A stretch of 64,000 nt of DNA from Basidiobolus meristosporus CBS 931.73 (Eukaryota; Fungi; Basidiobolomycota): NCBI GenBank assembly GCA_002104905.1, contig MCFE01000266.1, positions 43,662 through 107,661 of the forward strand, in the 5' to 3' direction. A program made the position numbers and the translations under genes. This document shows, piece after piece, positions 1-12,156 of the stretch. Position 1 is the first letter of the stretch. Each line of letters begins with the position of its first letter. The notes beneath the pieces are model-generated. The model saw only the letters and a program-made list of their open reading frames with translations. It was not told where the DNA came from and ran no database searches.

Positions 1-678
1 ATTATGCCAGCAGCAGTTAGCAATGAGGCTGTCAGAGTGCTATCAAGTTACTTGACATATGAGTCAATTGTATGTATTGGCTGGCTAGGTTTGCTCAAAT
101 AAATAAAACGCACATTAAGTTGTCAAAATGCCATGCAATTCCAGTTGAAAGACTACTGAAACACTGTTGAGTTTTTGACTTCATTTAGCAATATAATAAA
201 AAAAATGCCAGTACAGATCTGTTGTAAGATTGTATGGAGAGTTGATGATTCTAAGCTGCTGGCCTTATAGTGGAATCAGTGTGAGATCCTGATGGCCAAT
301 CTGGATCATCCACCAACAGGACAAGTTTTTTTTCATAGGGAATATTACCTTCAAGTCTGTCATGAAGACAATGATTTGGCACATAGAGTACATTCAGTAG
401 GAGTTGGAAAATACTGAGCATGGATATGCACATCAAGGAGCCCATGCCTTTCACATTGAGAAGCTGAGTGGCCCCAATACATGGATAATTAGTTAAGTAA
501 TGTAAGGTTGGGTTGGATGCAGCAACAGCTAATTTTGTTAGAGGAACTTCATCAAATATGCTGGGCTTTTTCTGAGTAAAAATGCACTTCTACATCTCTT
601 AGTGTAGAATTTGCACAATCCAGAGCCAGAGTGCTCCTGTATGGGGGACTTAAGCCTTACAGAGACATGAAGTTTACT

Positions 679-1411
679 AGACTTGTTCCGTTGGATAGCG
701 CCACATTGAGCCATGAGTGCCAAATGATGCCATAGTGTGCCAGAGAGGCCAGGTGAGCCACTACCTGGCCACAGAGTGTGAAACATAGCTCTGCATCTTC
801 ATGCAAAGTAGCCCCTGTGTTTCACCTGTTGTGTTGGAGAAAATCCATTTTTTGACCTTTTTTTTGGATCAATGTTGTGCAGGATGTGTTAGAGCACAAG
901 CAGATTGAAGATATGCATCTGGTACTCAATACCCATGGCACTGTGAATCTAGCTCCTGTAGCTTGTATCATGTCACAAAAATGAATGGCACTATCTTGGT
1001 CCACTGGTACTATCTGGCACTATATTTAAATATTAGCCCTAAAGTAAGATCTATACAAAGCACTTATAGTGCCAGATAGTACCAGTGGACCAAGATAGTG
1101 CCATTCATTTTTGTGACATGATACAAGCTACAGGAGCTAGATTCAGAGTGCCATAGGTATTGAGTACCAGATGCATATCTTCAGTTCTCCTTTGCTCTTA
1201 CACATCCTGAGCTACATTGATCCACAAAAAAAGGTCAAAAAATGGATTTTCTCCTGTGCAATGGGTGAAACACAGGGGCTGCTTTACATGAAAATGCAAA
1301 GCTATGTTTCACACTCTGTGGCCAAGTATAGGCTCACTTGGCCTCACTGGCACACTATGGCATCATTTGTCACTCATGGCTCAATGTGGCACTATCCAAT
1401 GGAACAGGTCT
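679..1411. mobile_element. Palindromic (fold-back) MITE of the Pangu/PHIS family, 733 bp
   Basis: Termini AGACTTGTTCC...GGAACAGGTCT, flanked by TSD ACT (676-678 and 1412-1414). Arms 679-1024 and 1065-1411 are inverted copies around a 40-bp spacer. A second copy lies at 21419-22149. Confidence 0.93.
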
Positions 1412-1499
1412 ACTGTCTAAGTGCCATCAGTATCTTGCATAGACTGATAAGGTATTAATGGCAATGATAGAGGTAACCTGGCACACATATACACTTTTT

Positions 1500-4100
1500 A
1501 ACATACGCCTAAATTGTTAAAAAGCATTCTTAACCACATTGCTTCTGGGACTGCTATATACTCTGGCTCAGTGGTAGAAAATGCTACAGTTGATTGCTTC
1601 CTTGAGCTCCATGAAATTGCAGCATTTCAATAAATCAAGATGTATCCTGTGGTAGTTCAGTTGTCTTCTAGATTTCATCCCCAATCCGCATTAGAGTACC
1701 CCACAAAATCTTGTTCTAAATCCTTGTAGGTGTACCTTAAGCAGATGTCAGCAGTTCATCTTAGGTATCTAAAAATCCGCTTAACTGCTGCAATATGACC
1801 AGATCCATAGTTCAGATGGTGCTGGCTGACAACTCACACTGAATATGAGATATCTGGATGTGTTCCATGTATGTTATCATCAGACTGTCAGCCATAGATT
1901 AATAATTAAAGTCAGGGCTTTCAGATGGCACTGAGCTCTTTGATTTGGTTGAGTATTAACTAGGTCAAGGTTTGTTGCTGTTGGGATAGCTGCCAGCTTA
2001 AAGTCTTCCAATTGGTGCCTCTTTAATATATAGTGAATATATTTGGACTGGCTTAGGGTCATAGCCAGGACACTTCTGTCTATAGAGAGCATTGTCCCTA
2101 AGAAGTGACCAAGTTCTCCTAGATTGGAAATCTTGAACTTCTTATATAGGCTGGACTTAGTCACTTCCAATGTTTCAGGGTTATTGGCAGCTATAATAAG
2201 ATAACCCACATATAGAGCTAATAGAGCTTGATTTGCTCTCTCTGACTTACAGTAAATCCTACAGTTAGCATTACTATATTGGCAACTGAAAGATTTGAAA
2301 TAAGAATCTATCTTGCAGCTCCAGGCTCTTGTTAATTGTTTGAGACCATATAGTGATTTTTTAAGCTTGCAGACCAGATTGAGGCTATCTTGGTCAGCAA
2401 ACCCATTAAAATGGCCCAGGTACATGTCCTCATCAAAATATCCTTTCAAATTGCAGTTTTACATTCATTTGATGTATAAAAAACTTGTATTTGGCTGCAA
2501 TAGTCAATAGTAATCTGATGGAATTAAGCTTGCCTACTGGTGCAAAGGTATCAGTATAGTCAAGTTCTTTTGTTTGAGAGTTTCCTTTAGCCACAAGTCT
2601 TCCTTTGTATCCTTCAACTATAACATCAGACTTGCATTTTGTCTTGAAGATACATCTGCATCCAATTGATATTTAGTTGATTGGTAATTGTTTGACAAAC
2701 TCCCAAGTTTGATTTTCCAGCAGGGCATGATACTCATCAGTCATTGCAGATCTACAGAACTATGTCTGAGGACTATGTAAGGCCTCTTTTACAGTCTGTG
2801 GCTTAGTCTTTTGGACTGAATAGGCATAGGCTAAGTTTTTAACATCACTGATTGAATACTTCAAGCTATTTCTGGTCCAGTTGGATCACCTGATATATGA
2901 TACTGGATTGAACACTTCTGGGATATTCCTGGGCACTGATTCAAGCTAAGGCATGGCTGTAGAGTTTTCTGGGGTGAAAAACACTCATAGCTTTGCTCTG
3001 ACTCAATCCGGACTTTTGGTGGACATGAGATCAGACTTTTGTCATCATCTGTTGTCATTTTTTGTGAAAATATTAAATTTCCATCAAACAACACATTCCT
3101 GAGCTTCATCAGCTTCCTTGCTTTGATATGATATGGCCTGTATGCTTTACATGCATTGTAGTAGTCCTAAAATAAGCACTTTACAATTTTTGGCTCAAAA
3201 TTTGCCTGATTTCTAGGCAGCTTCTTAGCATATGCTGTACACCCCAACATTGGGAGATGTTCTGCACTAGGTCAGGATCTATTCCATGCCTCAAGTGGAG
3301 TAGAGTCACAAAGTATTCTGCATATTGCTATTTCAAGGTTTACAGATGTCGCAACTGATACTGCCCTAAAATTGCAGGATAATATTTGATCATATATCAG
3401 AACTTTTGCTATATCAGTTATAGGTCTGCTTGAGTGTTCTGCCACTACATTTTGCTGTAAGGAGTATGGTATTGTAGTCTCTTGCATTATGAACTTAATT
3501 TTGCAGAAGTGGATGAAGAGTTTTGAGGTAAATTCTTTACAAATGTCTGAGCAAATACTTTTGATTATTCTACCAGTTTCTCTCTCCACTGTAGCTCTAA
3601 GCTCCCTGAGCTTAGAGAGTATATCTTCCTTTGTCTCCATGAAGTAGACCCATATTTATCTTGTATAATCATCAGTAGAAGTGATCAAACACTCATTGCA
3701 CCTAAGGATCAATTTTGTATAGGTCCACACAGATCTGAGTTAGCTAAATCTGATTTTTTCTTAGCATTGAGTAGGCAAGAGCCCTTGAACAGTCTTCTGG
3801 CTTGTTTCCAATGTATGCAGGCCCCACAGTGCTTTGAATTTGCTGGGCAATCAATTTTTATTCTGCAAATTAGCTGATCTTTAATCATTGTGTGCAAATA
3901 AACAAAATTAATACCCTTTGAGAAGTAACTTAGTCCCACAGGTGGATCCAGTCCAGATCAGCCATCAAGATCCTGTAACATATAAAATTGCTCTATATGG
4001 CAAGAAACTTGGTGGTGCTCTGACTGCCCCATTGCTAACCTTTGCCAGCATTATATTTGCAGCATAGTGTAGTAGGGTAAATATACCTCCAACAGACAGG
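1500..4100 (-). mobile_element. Degenerate Ty1/copia pol remnant (integrase, RT, RNase H); ends approximate
   Basis: Minus-strand fragments: GAG-pre-integrase (CxxC...KQ...SDLCGP, 3709-3939), rve integrase (PYSLQQNVVAE, 3272-3640), RVT_2 (LKKSLYGLKQ, LYVGYLII, 1880-2449) and RNase H (ISWSSRKQSTVAFSTTEPEYIA, ~1540-1620). Many stops and frameshifts. Confidence 0.9.
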
Positions 4101-4149
4101 TTTATCTGTATAGCTATTATGAAGCACATATCTATATTTGATCTTATCA

Positions 4150-4871
4150 GTATTATCCCATTCTACTTTGCCCATATTATTGGTATTATCCCCATATGAT
4201 ATTTACCCTGATTAGTTATTAGCAATAGTTGTCCCAGATATGATTTGGCTTTGAGATCAATATGGGTATCTACATTAGGCAAGTACCCATGTCACCACCC
4301 ACAATACATGACCCAAGTCAGTGTTACCATCCCTACCATTTCAGTACCATATATAAAATCTCTGGGTTATAAAGGTTTCTGACTTCTGATCCCTGATTGG
4401 TAGGATGTGCTGTGCCTTTTGAAACATTCCAGGACTTTATTGGAATATTTTTAGCACATAGTGATGTCATCCAGAATTCCACTGATGCCCAAAATCTTCT
4501 ACAACCCTTTCATTGGTAATCACTTGGCAATAAAGAAAGTTTTTTAAGGGAAGACAAACCCTCACCAGTAAATCATCCCTTCTGGCAGCAATAACTCACC
4601 CTTATTGGTTAGCAGCTGATCACTGCATCTATCTTCAATAGTTACACCTCAGACCTGCCATCAAGGAGCTTTTCAGGATAGTGTACAAGACACATAGAGG
4701 TCTTTGGAGACACTTGGAGCACCTAGGAAGTTTGAGAAGCAGGAGGTTTTACCATAGTTACATATTGACAAAGATACCAGCAGTTTAGGCCCAGAGGTTA
4801 TTGTACCCATCAGACACCTCACACACCTTGAGTTGTGTAGCTTCTCCCAGGAGCACCTCTTCACCACCACA
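4150..4871 (+). repeat. 5'-truncated copy of solo-LTR family A; left end approximate
   Basis: Aligns by eye to 14200-15065 and ends in the same CACCACCACA terminus at 4871. Confidence 0.65.
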
Positions 4872-5237
4872 ACAGTGGCCTAAAGCTAGTTCTGTAAAAT
4901 TCTACTCTACCAATTTACCAAATGGTATTTCCTTCTTCTACCTCCCCATGCACCATCCACATATTTCACTGTAGAATCATCCCTATTAATTTGCTCACCC
5001 ACTACCATGGTGGGTATTCCACAGCTTCTATAACCTCAACTTCACAGCTTTTTAGTGTGATACTTGCAAAGTTGCCATTTACCTAGTATTGCTGGTAACA
5101 TATGCACCTTGCAAACATATGCTTGGTTGACACCACTTTTGCCATGAATGCCTCTTAAATATACACAAAGAATCTCTTAGCATTTAGCCAATGTATTCCT
5201 TCTCCTTGCTGGCTTCTAGTTCCAATGATAGGTGCAC

Positions 5238-8200
5238 TGTAGTGGGGTCATAGTGACACCCACTGACAGATGTGCTCATTCCCCTATTTCTTACTTCCCT
5301 ATTTCTCTACTACCCATATTTTAGTCTTATCCCATTTGTCTTATCTAATTAATACTATAAGCCACATTATCCCTCACCTTATGTAATATCACTAGATGTA
5401 AGTGCTGCTATATCAAGTATGTACCTGCACCAGGATCTGTAACCATTGTTAGAGTTGTGTTACTATCCCTACTATCTTCATTTTACTTATGGTATCCCTA
5501 TGATACACAGGTTTCAGAATAATGATCCAATATCAGTTGCTTGTGCTGTGCCTCTTAGAACCTTCTGGCATCTAGTTGAATATTCTTAGCATATCCTGAT
5601 GTCATTTAGAATTAAACTTGTTCCATTGTACCGTGCCAGGGTGCGTGGTGCAATCTGCGGTCTCTAAGAATAATTGGGCACAATATTGTAGCTACCAGTA
5701 GGCAGGATTGCTTGTGGACAATTTTGCACCATGTGGGACAATCTTACACACTATGGCACAATCTGACACAATGAGGTTGGCACAAATGGTTGTGCCCACT
5801 TGTAATATTTGCATCACATGTGGAATTATTTATAGGGGTCCTGTCTCAAATGTGAGACAACCTTAATATTGCTTATATCAAAAATTTAGTGATCACTGAT
5901 TTGCAATGGCTCAATGCAGATTGCAAAAAAAATGTGTTGTTTGGATCATTACAAATAATAGCAATTCAATGCAATTGCATCATCTTCTTCTAGGGTTTTT
6001 TCTCACAGGGATTACTACTGAAGCATTTGGTAGTGATTCACTTTGCACACCTAAACTACTGTCTTGTTGACTATCCTCTTGGCTACTTGTATATTTGTAG
6101 TCAGTATTTTGCCTCCTAGTTGTTGAGTGCAATGCTGCAGCTTGGCCATGTGGAATTGCTCCGGATGATGCAACTGAGCCAGTCTGCAGTGCTACATGCT
6201 GACATGTTCTTTTACTTGCCAAAGGCTCCGGTGGTGGAGGCACTTCATGTGGGTCATCATCTGTCAGTTAACCAGAAGAAACTTGCTGATAGTTAGGTGT
6301 AATGGCATGCACAGATGCAACTTGATGCACTGGCATGGCCCTTGGCTGAGTTCAATGTGATGCTGCTTGTAAATGTGAATTGGCCTGCTCCAATGGACTT
6401 GTGTCTTTTTGAGCAGTTTGGTGGGTTCTGGTGGTTTTGCTCTGAAGCATGTGCATTGACCTGATATGCATTGAGTCAATGCGGAGCACTCTTGTGAAGG
6501 GTGTTGGTGTAGTTTGGACTAATGTGCGCTGGCATGCTGAAGTTACGAGGGATGGTAAGGAATCCAGCAAGGCATGCTGGCACAATCTAGATGATGTCAC
6601 TTGTGGTCTGTATTCCTCCTCTTGAAGCTCACCTTCTGATTCCTCAAGGTATTCACTTACCCTCTGTCTAATTCTTTGCAACTGTTGCCTGGAAGAGTCC
6701 TGTATATATTGCTCTTCGAAGCCACTTAGCTCTACTAATATATCACGTAATACATTAGTCATTTGAGGCAAAAACTCATTCAAAATCTCTTTGGCTCCGA
6801 AAGTCAAGGCACAAATGGACGTGTCCAGCCCATACTGTGCAAATTGCGTGCAAATTGCATGCAAAATCATTCCTGTGTGACTTCCTCATCAAATCCCCTC
6901 ACTCTCAGCTCATTCTTGATTTCAATACTTGTCTTGTTATATATCTTCTTACATACATCTGCTGGCATCTTGATGTAGAACTCATGCCACAGCTTTCTAC
7001 TCAGATTCTTCCATCTCTGTTGACTCTCCGGGGTATCTAGTTCTGCTAGATTAATGAGTAGTGCCCAAATATCTGTATGAAGGCTCATCATAGACACTTG
7101 GGCTATACTGAAATCATTTGGCAAGAACTCAAACGGATTCAACATTGCCTTTTCTGGTCCAGACCATACTTGTGAGCTGGGGAATGGGTTATGTCTGGGT
7201 TGAAATAAAGATGAGTTGAGACTTGGTATAGGGACCATAGTAACGGATTTGGATATTTAAACAATGGTGTATTGGCATCAACCAGGTCCTATATGAAATA
7301 TATATGAACACTAATGTGATTGTTGAATTTTCCATATATTATGCATGATGCATCTTGGATAGCATTGGCACAGATCAGATCACATCAATTGTAGATTTCC
7401 TATTTGATTATAGACTTGTGAGTAAGACATCAATAAAAATACCAAGTCATTGTTTGAGGACGATTTTTGCAACATAATGATGGGATACATGGCAATTGAT
7501 GGAGATTTAATTTTAATGCATGGAAAATCAGCTAAATAAAGCTGATTGCACCAAATCAAATCAAATCATCTCAGCTCAATCCTTACCAATTTAATATGAC
7601 TTACTCATCTGCATGGTCTTTTCTCATCAATCCCATTACTACCACTGGATTTCCTTCTGACACACAAGTGGAGATCTATACCAAGTACTGTGGTCCATCT
7701 ACCCCAATCTACTCAAGGAGATCCCTTGTTAAGCTTCTCTGCTATTACAAGAACTATTGCCCTACAAGGTTTCATCCCACCATCATGGCAACAAAAGTCC
7801 TAGAAGCTTTAATTCTCAGCTGACAGCAATGGAGAACCACCTTGCAGAGGGTATGAATGACTTAGAGCAAGCTTGGAATACTAGGTTCAGAAGCTCCAAT
7901 AGACATCCATATCCCAGAGTGTTCAGCAACAGGTTCCATATCAGGAGTATTTTGGATACCTTCCCAGTGAGGATTAACAGACCTTCTAGAGGGCAGCGGC
8001 ACTTTTATTCTGGCAAGTACAAGGCACACTGTGTAAAGTTTCAAGCACTGTCTGACATTGAGGGTAACATGATCCGGTTTAGTGGGCCATTTGCTGGAAG
8101 TAGGCATGACAAAGCACTCTGGGTAGGAAATCATCCTGAATCCAGTGGAGGGGATAAATGTATGGCAGACTTGGCTTATATAGGAGAGGATTGTCAGATA

Positions 8201-9311
8201 TAAGGATGTATTACAGCTAATAGTAAGCCAAGGAATGGTGTGCTTAGCAGGAAGTAGAAGCTCTACAATGAGATATTTAATCATTTCATAGTGAGGGTAG
8301 AGCATACAATTGGATATCTGAAGAGATTCAGCATATTAGCAGGTAAATACAGAGGAAAGTCATATATAGGAGAAAACAGCAGAATAGGTAAAATAGTTAA
8401 GATACTTATTGATGTACAGTATATTCATACAAGAAGGCATCCAATGAGAGAAATGTGTCTGGAGCATTATGAAGAGTAAATAAAGCAAGGAAAGCACTAC
8501 ACTGAGCAACATAAGTAAAATTGAGTAAAATTTGCAGCAAATATAACCTACCACTGGCATGATGGTAGAAATTATAGTGCTAGATAGTGCCAGATCAATC
8601 CGGCACCATAAACAGGCTGGCACTATGTGGCACTATCCAACGGAACAAGTCTATTATATAGTTCTTCAGAACCTTCTCAAATACCATGATTAGAAATCAC
8701 TTAGCTAGTGAGAAAAGTATATAAGGGAGGCACTCCAGAAACAATATATCTTCATCCCATTTATCAATATACCTACTTGTTGATTAGTGTGATCACTTCT
8801 ACCTGCCACCACCTGAGCTTCCAATCCCAGACCACAGGACACTCCCAGGAAGCCATGCTAACAGCCAACTGACCTTGGAGGCACATTTTATGAGGAATAC
8901 TCAGCGTAGGTATCTTTAATTATACTTGATTATTTCCCAGGATTGCTCTTGTACAGGCAAAGATGCTTTTCTTTCTTGGTATCTATTGACCACAGCTGCA
9001 TTCTCATTAAGTCCCTGCTGGTGGAGTTTACAGTTGTTTTGGCTTTGCAACCTTTTGTACATTGGAATCTCAAAGGATGCTGAGCCCAGCACATACTTTT
9101 GTTGAGATGCCAACTAAGTTGGTGATTGTAGCTCAATAGCTCTCCCTTGACAAGCTTATGGTGTTATTCCCTCTCACATTAGAGTACAGACAGAACCCAA
9201 GAATTTCTAGTAGGCATTTGCCAGAGATTATTGCACCCAGTGAGCACCCCACATACAAAACACTTGAGAAGTGTTAGATGTATCTCTCCCTGGGACTTAC
9301 ATCACACCACA
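5238..9311 (+). mobile_element. Solo LTR family A (~1.03 kb net) interrupted by a Pangu element
   Basis: TGTAGTGG...CACCACA termini with a perfect 4-bp TSD GCAC (5234-5237 and 9312-9315). The paralogous CACTA copy has a single GCAC at ~19946 (empty site). TATA-like GTATATAAG at ~8717. Confidence 0.85.
5614..8652 (+). mobile_element. Degenerate Pangu/PHIS DNA transposon, 3039 bp, inverted relative to 15942-19358
   Basis: TIRs A(A)ACTTGTTCC / GGAACAAGTCT, TSD ATT (5611-5613 and 8653-8655). Transposase pieces at 7596-8479 (+) and ORF2 pieces at 5980-7238 (-) carry stops, frameshifts and a deletion near the left end. Confidence 0.92.
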
Positions 9312-10192
9312 GCACTCTGGCTGTTGTTTGCATGAATTCCATATTGAATGGTGTAGAAACTGGCTTATGATCAAGAGAAACCCTGCATAGGGGTCTCCAT
9401 TTCCACATCTGTCCCCAATATTTTCCAACTCTTCTTGATTGTCCTCCATGTGCCAACTCATCACATCCATGATAGACTTGAAGGTAATATTCTTGATGTG
9501 ATTGGGATATGGTAGTACCTGCAACTTGACTTGTATTCCTATTGCCCTACACATCTGCTCCATAGGAAACTCCCAAAAGGTGAAGCAAGGCCCAATGTTT
9601 CCACACACCAAGTAAGATGGAGTGGAGAATGAATATTGTAGTGGCAGAGATCTGCATGTTTAGCTTTGCACTTGTAACATAGCTGCTCAAATCTTGTTGT
9701 AAACTCCTTCCATTTGTATTGAGGTATAAGCATATGAATATGGATTGGAGCACTTTAGAAGTACTTTGGGTAGCAGATACTCTGTAGTATCTTGACAATT
9801 TTTTCTGACTTCTCCAGTATCTCAAAGGGCTCATTCAGCTTAAGATGCCCATGTACAATTTGGTCATTAGTATAGTGATATTATTGAAAAGCAAACACAG
9901 TGCTCCCAGTGACAGGTGTTTGCTATAACAGATACCCTAAGTCTTAAGTTCTTCTGGTGTCTGATTTATTTTGTATTCTAGCCAATGGATTATAGCTTAC
10001 TAACCTTGCTACAATTGCATGCTGACATCTGTACATTCTCTTTGCAAGAATATGATAGCTTAGTGTTAGAATCTGAATACTAATAATGTGCGTGAGTTAT
10101 GGAGTAAGTCTCCTGGATTTCACACAATTGACTGCAATACTGTCCATTGTGCTCAGAAAAGCCAGCAATCTTACTGATAGCTGTAGTATCTC

Positions 10193-11435
10193 TGTTGTGT
10201 TGTATTATGATTAGTTTGGGGCTTGTTCTACAATAAAGAGGCTAATCAACAATATACAACAACCTCCAGTATGCTAATACTGAAATAGTTTATTGGGAGT
10301 TTGATATACCAATAGAATATATAACTTTCACTAATTTCCACAATCTTAGGCTCAAAATATACTGTAGGCAGTGTTTATCACTTCTACAGCAGTGTTCTGA
10401 CCTTCTGTTGACTAATGGGCTTATTTACTTTTATAGCAACTTTTCCTTATTTGGAAGTCACTTTCTTTTCTGAGAAAATATTTCCTAATATGGAAATTCT
10501 GAGCTCCCCTTTAACCTAAAGGGGTCTGTTGCAGAAGTCTATAAAGGGGTCATTAGACCTAAAGGGGTGTGTAAAGGGGTATCTTTAGAGTAAAGGGGTT
10601 CTGTAAAGGGGTCTCTAAAGGGGTCTTTAGACTAAAGGGGTGTCTAAAGGGGTGTCTTTAGAGTAAAGGGGTTCTGTAAAGGGGTCTCTAAAGGGGTCTT
10701 TAGACTAAAGGGGTGTCTAAAGGGGTGTCTTTAGAGTAAAGAGGTTTCTTAGAGGGGACTTTTCCAACAGAAAAGTGGTAGTTTCTTGTAGAACTTAGAT
10801 TGGATTCTTGTGAGCTTTGCAGTCTCTTTACTGATGTTGTACCAATCAAAGTCAGAATACTCAACAGTGCAAGTGATGCAGGGGAAGTCTTATAACCTTT
10901 AAACTTGTAATTGTAGTGTGGAGATTCTGGAAAGAGAGGCTCTCTCTTGATTTTTCAGCTGGGGAAGTCATATATATGAAAATTTTGAAGGATCAAAGTT
11001 TTTGGGCAATTGCACAAGCAATGCACGTGATACAAAGCTAAAATTCTGCAGTAACGCAGATTGGACATAGGCGTAGCACCTGTGAAAATATCACGTGATT
11101 TGATTGGCTGGTTCAATAGTTACACGTGATCAAAGTCACCATAGTAATCCTAGCAATAAGGCATAGTATATATAATAATTGGACTCTTTTGGTCATAACT
11201 CCTTAAGTACTGCTTCAAATGAGCTGTAATTTGAAACATGTGTTGGCTACTATGTGTTCTGTATGATAAAATATTCTTGGGTGAATTGCTTGTCAGGGTC
11301 TGGAGCATTTGTTCTTCAAAGCTGGAAATTCTTGATCTTTCACTTGTGTGTTACAATAGCAAAAAGCAAAATAAAGAAATGAGTGCAATATTGGTTTAGA
11401 GATATTGTAGTAATGGAATACTTTCCATTATCACA
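10193..11435. mobile_element. Probable solo LTR family B (1243 bp) inserted in CACTA copy 1
   Basis: TG...CA ends with near-identical 4-bp flanks TCTC/TTTC. The CACTA paralog at ~21105 shows a single TCTC. No coding signal. Confidence 0.6.
10517..10757 (+). repeat. TAAAGGGG minisatellite with a 73-bp higher-order unit
   Basis: About 17 TAAAGGGG-type motifs. CTTTAGAG recurs at 10583, 10656 and 10729 (period 73). Confidence 0.95.
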
Positions 11436-12156
11436 TTTCCAATTCAGATAACAATATGTGCTCTGACCTGATGGCCATTTACTGTTATCCTGCTGGAAAG
11501 CATACATAAGTCATTTAGCAATGGACACAGGTAGCTATCCAGGCTGTATGGTTATTTATGCCCTGATACTTAGTGAGTCTACCATTAGATTTCTACTCTG
11601 GTACTATATGATAGGTGGCAGATTCAGATTGATGAAAATCAGTGGCCAGCAGGATGTGTTGGTAGAGTACTTGTTTAATGAGATTCCATCAAGTGTCAAG
11701 GCAAAGGCTTGGACATACATACCTTCAGAGTAGCCCTTGCTTCTTAGCTGTTTGTAATTTTGCCATTGAAAATATTAGCTATTTTAGAGCTTTATTAATA
11801 CTGAGTGCAGTACTTTCTAGCTTCACATTAGTTGTTAGACTACATTAGCTTCTTTAGACAGGGTATTATTGGAATATATCAAGAGTGTGAACAGTGTTTT
11901 CTGCCTATAGTGGTGAATTCCTGACAAGTTGGACACCTTGATATGGGGCGTTTTCTGATGTGAATGACATGCAACTACTAACTAACTATGGCAAAACACT
12001 TGCCATAATCCTTGTAAAGCTTTGTATACTGTCTGCATACTTCATGGCTGAGAGGCTTGCTAAAATAGCTGCATGGTCATTTTTCCCTTCTCTTGCAGTG
12101 TTGAATCAAAGTAGTCTTGTCCATGGGGTAAACAGGTTGACACTTGACAACATAAT

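Larger units (their letters stand above)
4872..12156 (-). mobile_element. Degenerate CACTA/EnSpm transposase, copy 1, fragmented by nested insertions (pieces 4872-5237, 9312-10192, 11436-12156)
   Basis: Minus-strand YNIHSPLHL...GPCFTFWEFPMEQMC motif (9297-9733) is typical of the CACTA transposase C-terminal half. The pieces are colinear with the less-interrupted copy at 19362-22260. Termini not found. Confidence 0.8.

Noticed and set aside
1-678. pogo/Tc1 DDE_1 transposase remnant (KKLVLLVDD segment, 251-454)
   Set aside because: Only a short resemblance with no second motif in frame; left unclassified.
5235-5250. CACTG as a CACTA terminal inverted repeat
   Set aside because: Better explained as TSD GCAC plus the LTR start TGTAG; the paralog at ~19946 shows the empty site.
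10517-10757. CRISPR array or interstitial telomere
   Set aside because: No unique spacers, eukaryotic context, and the motif is TAAAGGGG rather than TTAGGG.
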